Shown here in pieces: positions 15,701 to 16,378 of a stretch of 16,378 bases of DNA. Every line of letters starts with the position of its first letter. The stretch's first letter is position 1. The translations under genes were made by a program, and so were the position numbers. The notes beneath the pieces are model-generated. The model was not told the origin of the DNA and searched no databases. It saw only the letters and a program-made list of their open reading frames with translations. Source of the DNA: Planctomycetota bacterium (GTDB lineage: Bacteria > Planctomycetota > PUPC01 > JACPCR01); the NCBI GenBank assembly GCA_027625095.1, contig JAQBXN010000165.1, positions 1 to 16,378 of the forward strand. The letters are read 5' to 3'.

Positions 15701-16248
15701 ACCTGTTTAAGGCCAGAGAGCAGAAATCATGGGTGCGCTCGGGCGATGGCTTTTTTAATTGGGGATCAGGCCTCGGCTGGACGGACGGTGGCCCTGGCGG
15801 CATTGTCTATACCGCAAAGAAATATCAAAATTTCATCCTCAGATTCGATTGCCTGGCCAGCGATCTCTTGAAATCGGATGCCGGCATTTTCTATCCCATG
15901 AATGGACAGGACCTCACCAGGGATAAGACGGAGCACACCTTCAAAATCGAGCTGTCAGGCCCCAGGACCGGGTCAATTTCCCATAAAGACGAAACACTCC
16001 GATCCACCGAACTGCCACTCCAGCCGGGATGGAATTCCATCGAACTCATCGTATGGGAACGTGATGTCTATACCACCCGGGAGGGAGTTGCCCTTACCCA
16101 TTGGCAGCGACCCTCTGCTAAAGAAGGCCTCCTGGCAATCGAAGGAGTAGCACAACAGTTCTGTCTCAGGAATTTCAGAATCCTGGAATTGCAGCAGAAA
16201 CCGGCGGAGTTCATGAAAAGCCTCAATGACAAGGCGGCCGCGCTGTGA
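12793..16248 (+). CDS. membrane Ser/Thr protein kinase: N-terminal Zn-ribbon, Hanks-type kinase, single TM helix, FGE-sulfatase-like domain, C-terminal DUF1080-like (jelly-roll / 3-keto-disaccharide-hydrolase-like) domain
   Basis: Zn-ribbon CPNPEC…CPACG. Kinase motifs are GKGGMGTVY (P-loop), VALKVL (β3 Lys), HRDIKPDN (catalytic loop), KLADLG (DFG→DLG variant) and GTPHYIAPE. A K/R-rich linker precedes the TM helix IPIALYAGLTAAIAVVIGITVMVF. FGE-sulfatase-like blocks include FMLLPAGQFMMGSP, RLPTEAEWEYACRAGS, NDWGLYDMIGNVWEY and RGGG. The C-terminal GWTDGGPGG…FKIELSGP…GWNSIELIV block resembles DUF1080. The gene starts 9 nt after the previous ORF. Confidence 0.88.
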   Translation: MPIPIQCPNPECKKSLSLPEEHAGKAVKCPACGKTLKVPEGITKYGEFKIVRQIGKGGMGTVYEGLQVSLQRRVALKVLDPNFSSNARYLGRFVREARAAAAIQHPNIIQVFDIGEDNGRHFFAMEFVEGENAFEKLKRDGAFSVRAGLEIAGQIAKALQAAGKQSIIHRDIKPDNIMLGREGQVKLADLGLAKNVEDQTTVTQSGAAIGTPHYIAPEQAKDAANVDHRADIYALGVTLLHLLTGKRPFDGDKPWDIVEKHVNQPLPKGADLGVELPDAVDRLIQKMAAKEPDNRFQDYESLLTAIETAQNDKEEKRPEKVIQQPKLKPRRDTPRKKKIPIALYAGLTAAIAVVIGITVMVFDSGGPQPHRMVGYKKIEKTVASTTTIPKPPSAGQVPPKTTFATFKEVNDYVKENPDAYGEIIGMYRKISDSIDNVNDKMRADALINSWKRKWEEAAAEALNGTQNNVKAHLAASQFGMAQTALNDFPVALLHQGVVEEIDKLRLQIEAAKDAFIAELKSRGKPILEKEPGDLSREDISTLNWVLKRTQSGELGLSFLQAKEVRDFSKQVSSAVSRYRAHEDRRIALKSQFWDSYRRLITSKQFEQARTTVQEAEPLEAEEKSLLIRHTSLIEKSLEPAARNMPLEKALHQFHFGEERDSIPEFELASKSGQDVRLYLHLLGADLPEWMSGAFEIPEESEDSHGNPIRKGVDKKSGLPFEIRNRSSGIHFMLLPAGQFMMGSPETEQDRHSDEGPLHPVGITRPFYMGKYEVTGADWEKANGAKWAYARGEDFPLTEIRKLTAMMFASQLSRQLAGGRLRLPTEAEWEYACRAGSITPLHYGTDPEYAMTADYGWFKENSGGKVRPAGMKKPNDWGLYDMIGNVWEYVLDNYDVYPTEPETDPYYPPIGTIPRTIRGGGVLSDAGQLRSAERSRSRFGASDESNGFRLMLEQSRKEHQVPGMPNPVFKNLFKAREQKSWVRSGDGFFNWGSGLGWTDGGPGGIVYTAKKYQNFILRFDCLASDLLKSDAGIFYPMNGQDLTRDKTEHTFKIELSGPRTGSISHKDETLRSTELPLQPGWNSIELIVWERDVYTTREGVALTHWQRPSAKEGLLAIEGVAQQFCLRNFRILELQQKPAEFMKSLNDKAAAL

Positions 16249-16378
16249 GCTGAGGAAGGGAGGCAGGCGCCCCCGCTCCCCCCCACGATCACGTCAAAGT
16301 CAGAAGGCGGGCGGGCATGGGGCCGGTGAGTGCGTGAGGCGAGAGGGCAAGATCGAGCCGATTCGCACTGTTTCAGGG

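Noticed and set aside
16249-16378. GC-rich 3' flank after the kinase gene (GGGAG…CTCCC around 16268-16290) as a possible intrinsic terminator
   Set aside because: Only a weak 5-bp stem with a large loop and no U-tract can be drawn. The window ends before the next gene, so nothing can be called.

Overview
This window reads as accessory-type chromosomal DNA, probably from a Planctomycetota-like genome. The last gene is a Zn-ribbon–Ser/Thr-kinase–TM–FGE-sulfatase-like–DUF1080-like fusion, an architecture typical of that phylum, and most genes lack a classical Shine-Dalgarno sequence. GC content looks moderate, roughly 50-55% by eye. Gene order is: a small beta-rich hypothetical (+); a MamK-like actin-family gene (+); a convergent 2-dehydro-3-deoxygluconokinase gene, kdgK (-); then a long same-strand array from 3421 to 16248. 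That array holds an NfeD/YqiJ-like membrane protein, a 686-aa flotillin-like SPFH protein, and a low-GC cassette carrying a four-helix-bundle (23S rRNA IVS-protein / Avd-like) gene. The cassette is bounded by perfect inverted heptamer tandem repeats, (ACGTAAT)4 and (ATTACGT)4. Next come a 1684-aa protein whose only recognisable catalytic module is a C-terminal MoxR/AAA_5-type AAA+ ATPase, a translationally coupled minimal nucleotidyltransferase-fold protein with an overlapping 144-aa partner, and the membrane Ser/Thr kinase. The tight coupling from 6826 to 16248, directly downstream of the flotillin/NfeD pair, is the best candidate for an undescribed system. The inverted-repeat-flanked cassette sitting exactly in the flotillin-to-ATPase junction is the second notable observation. 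All calls rest on motifs read by eye from the translations; no database search was possible.
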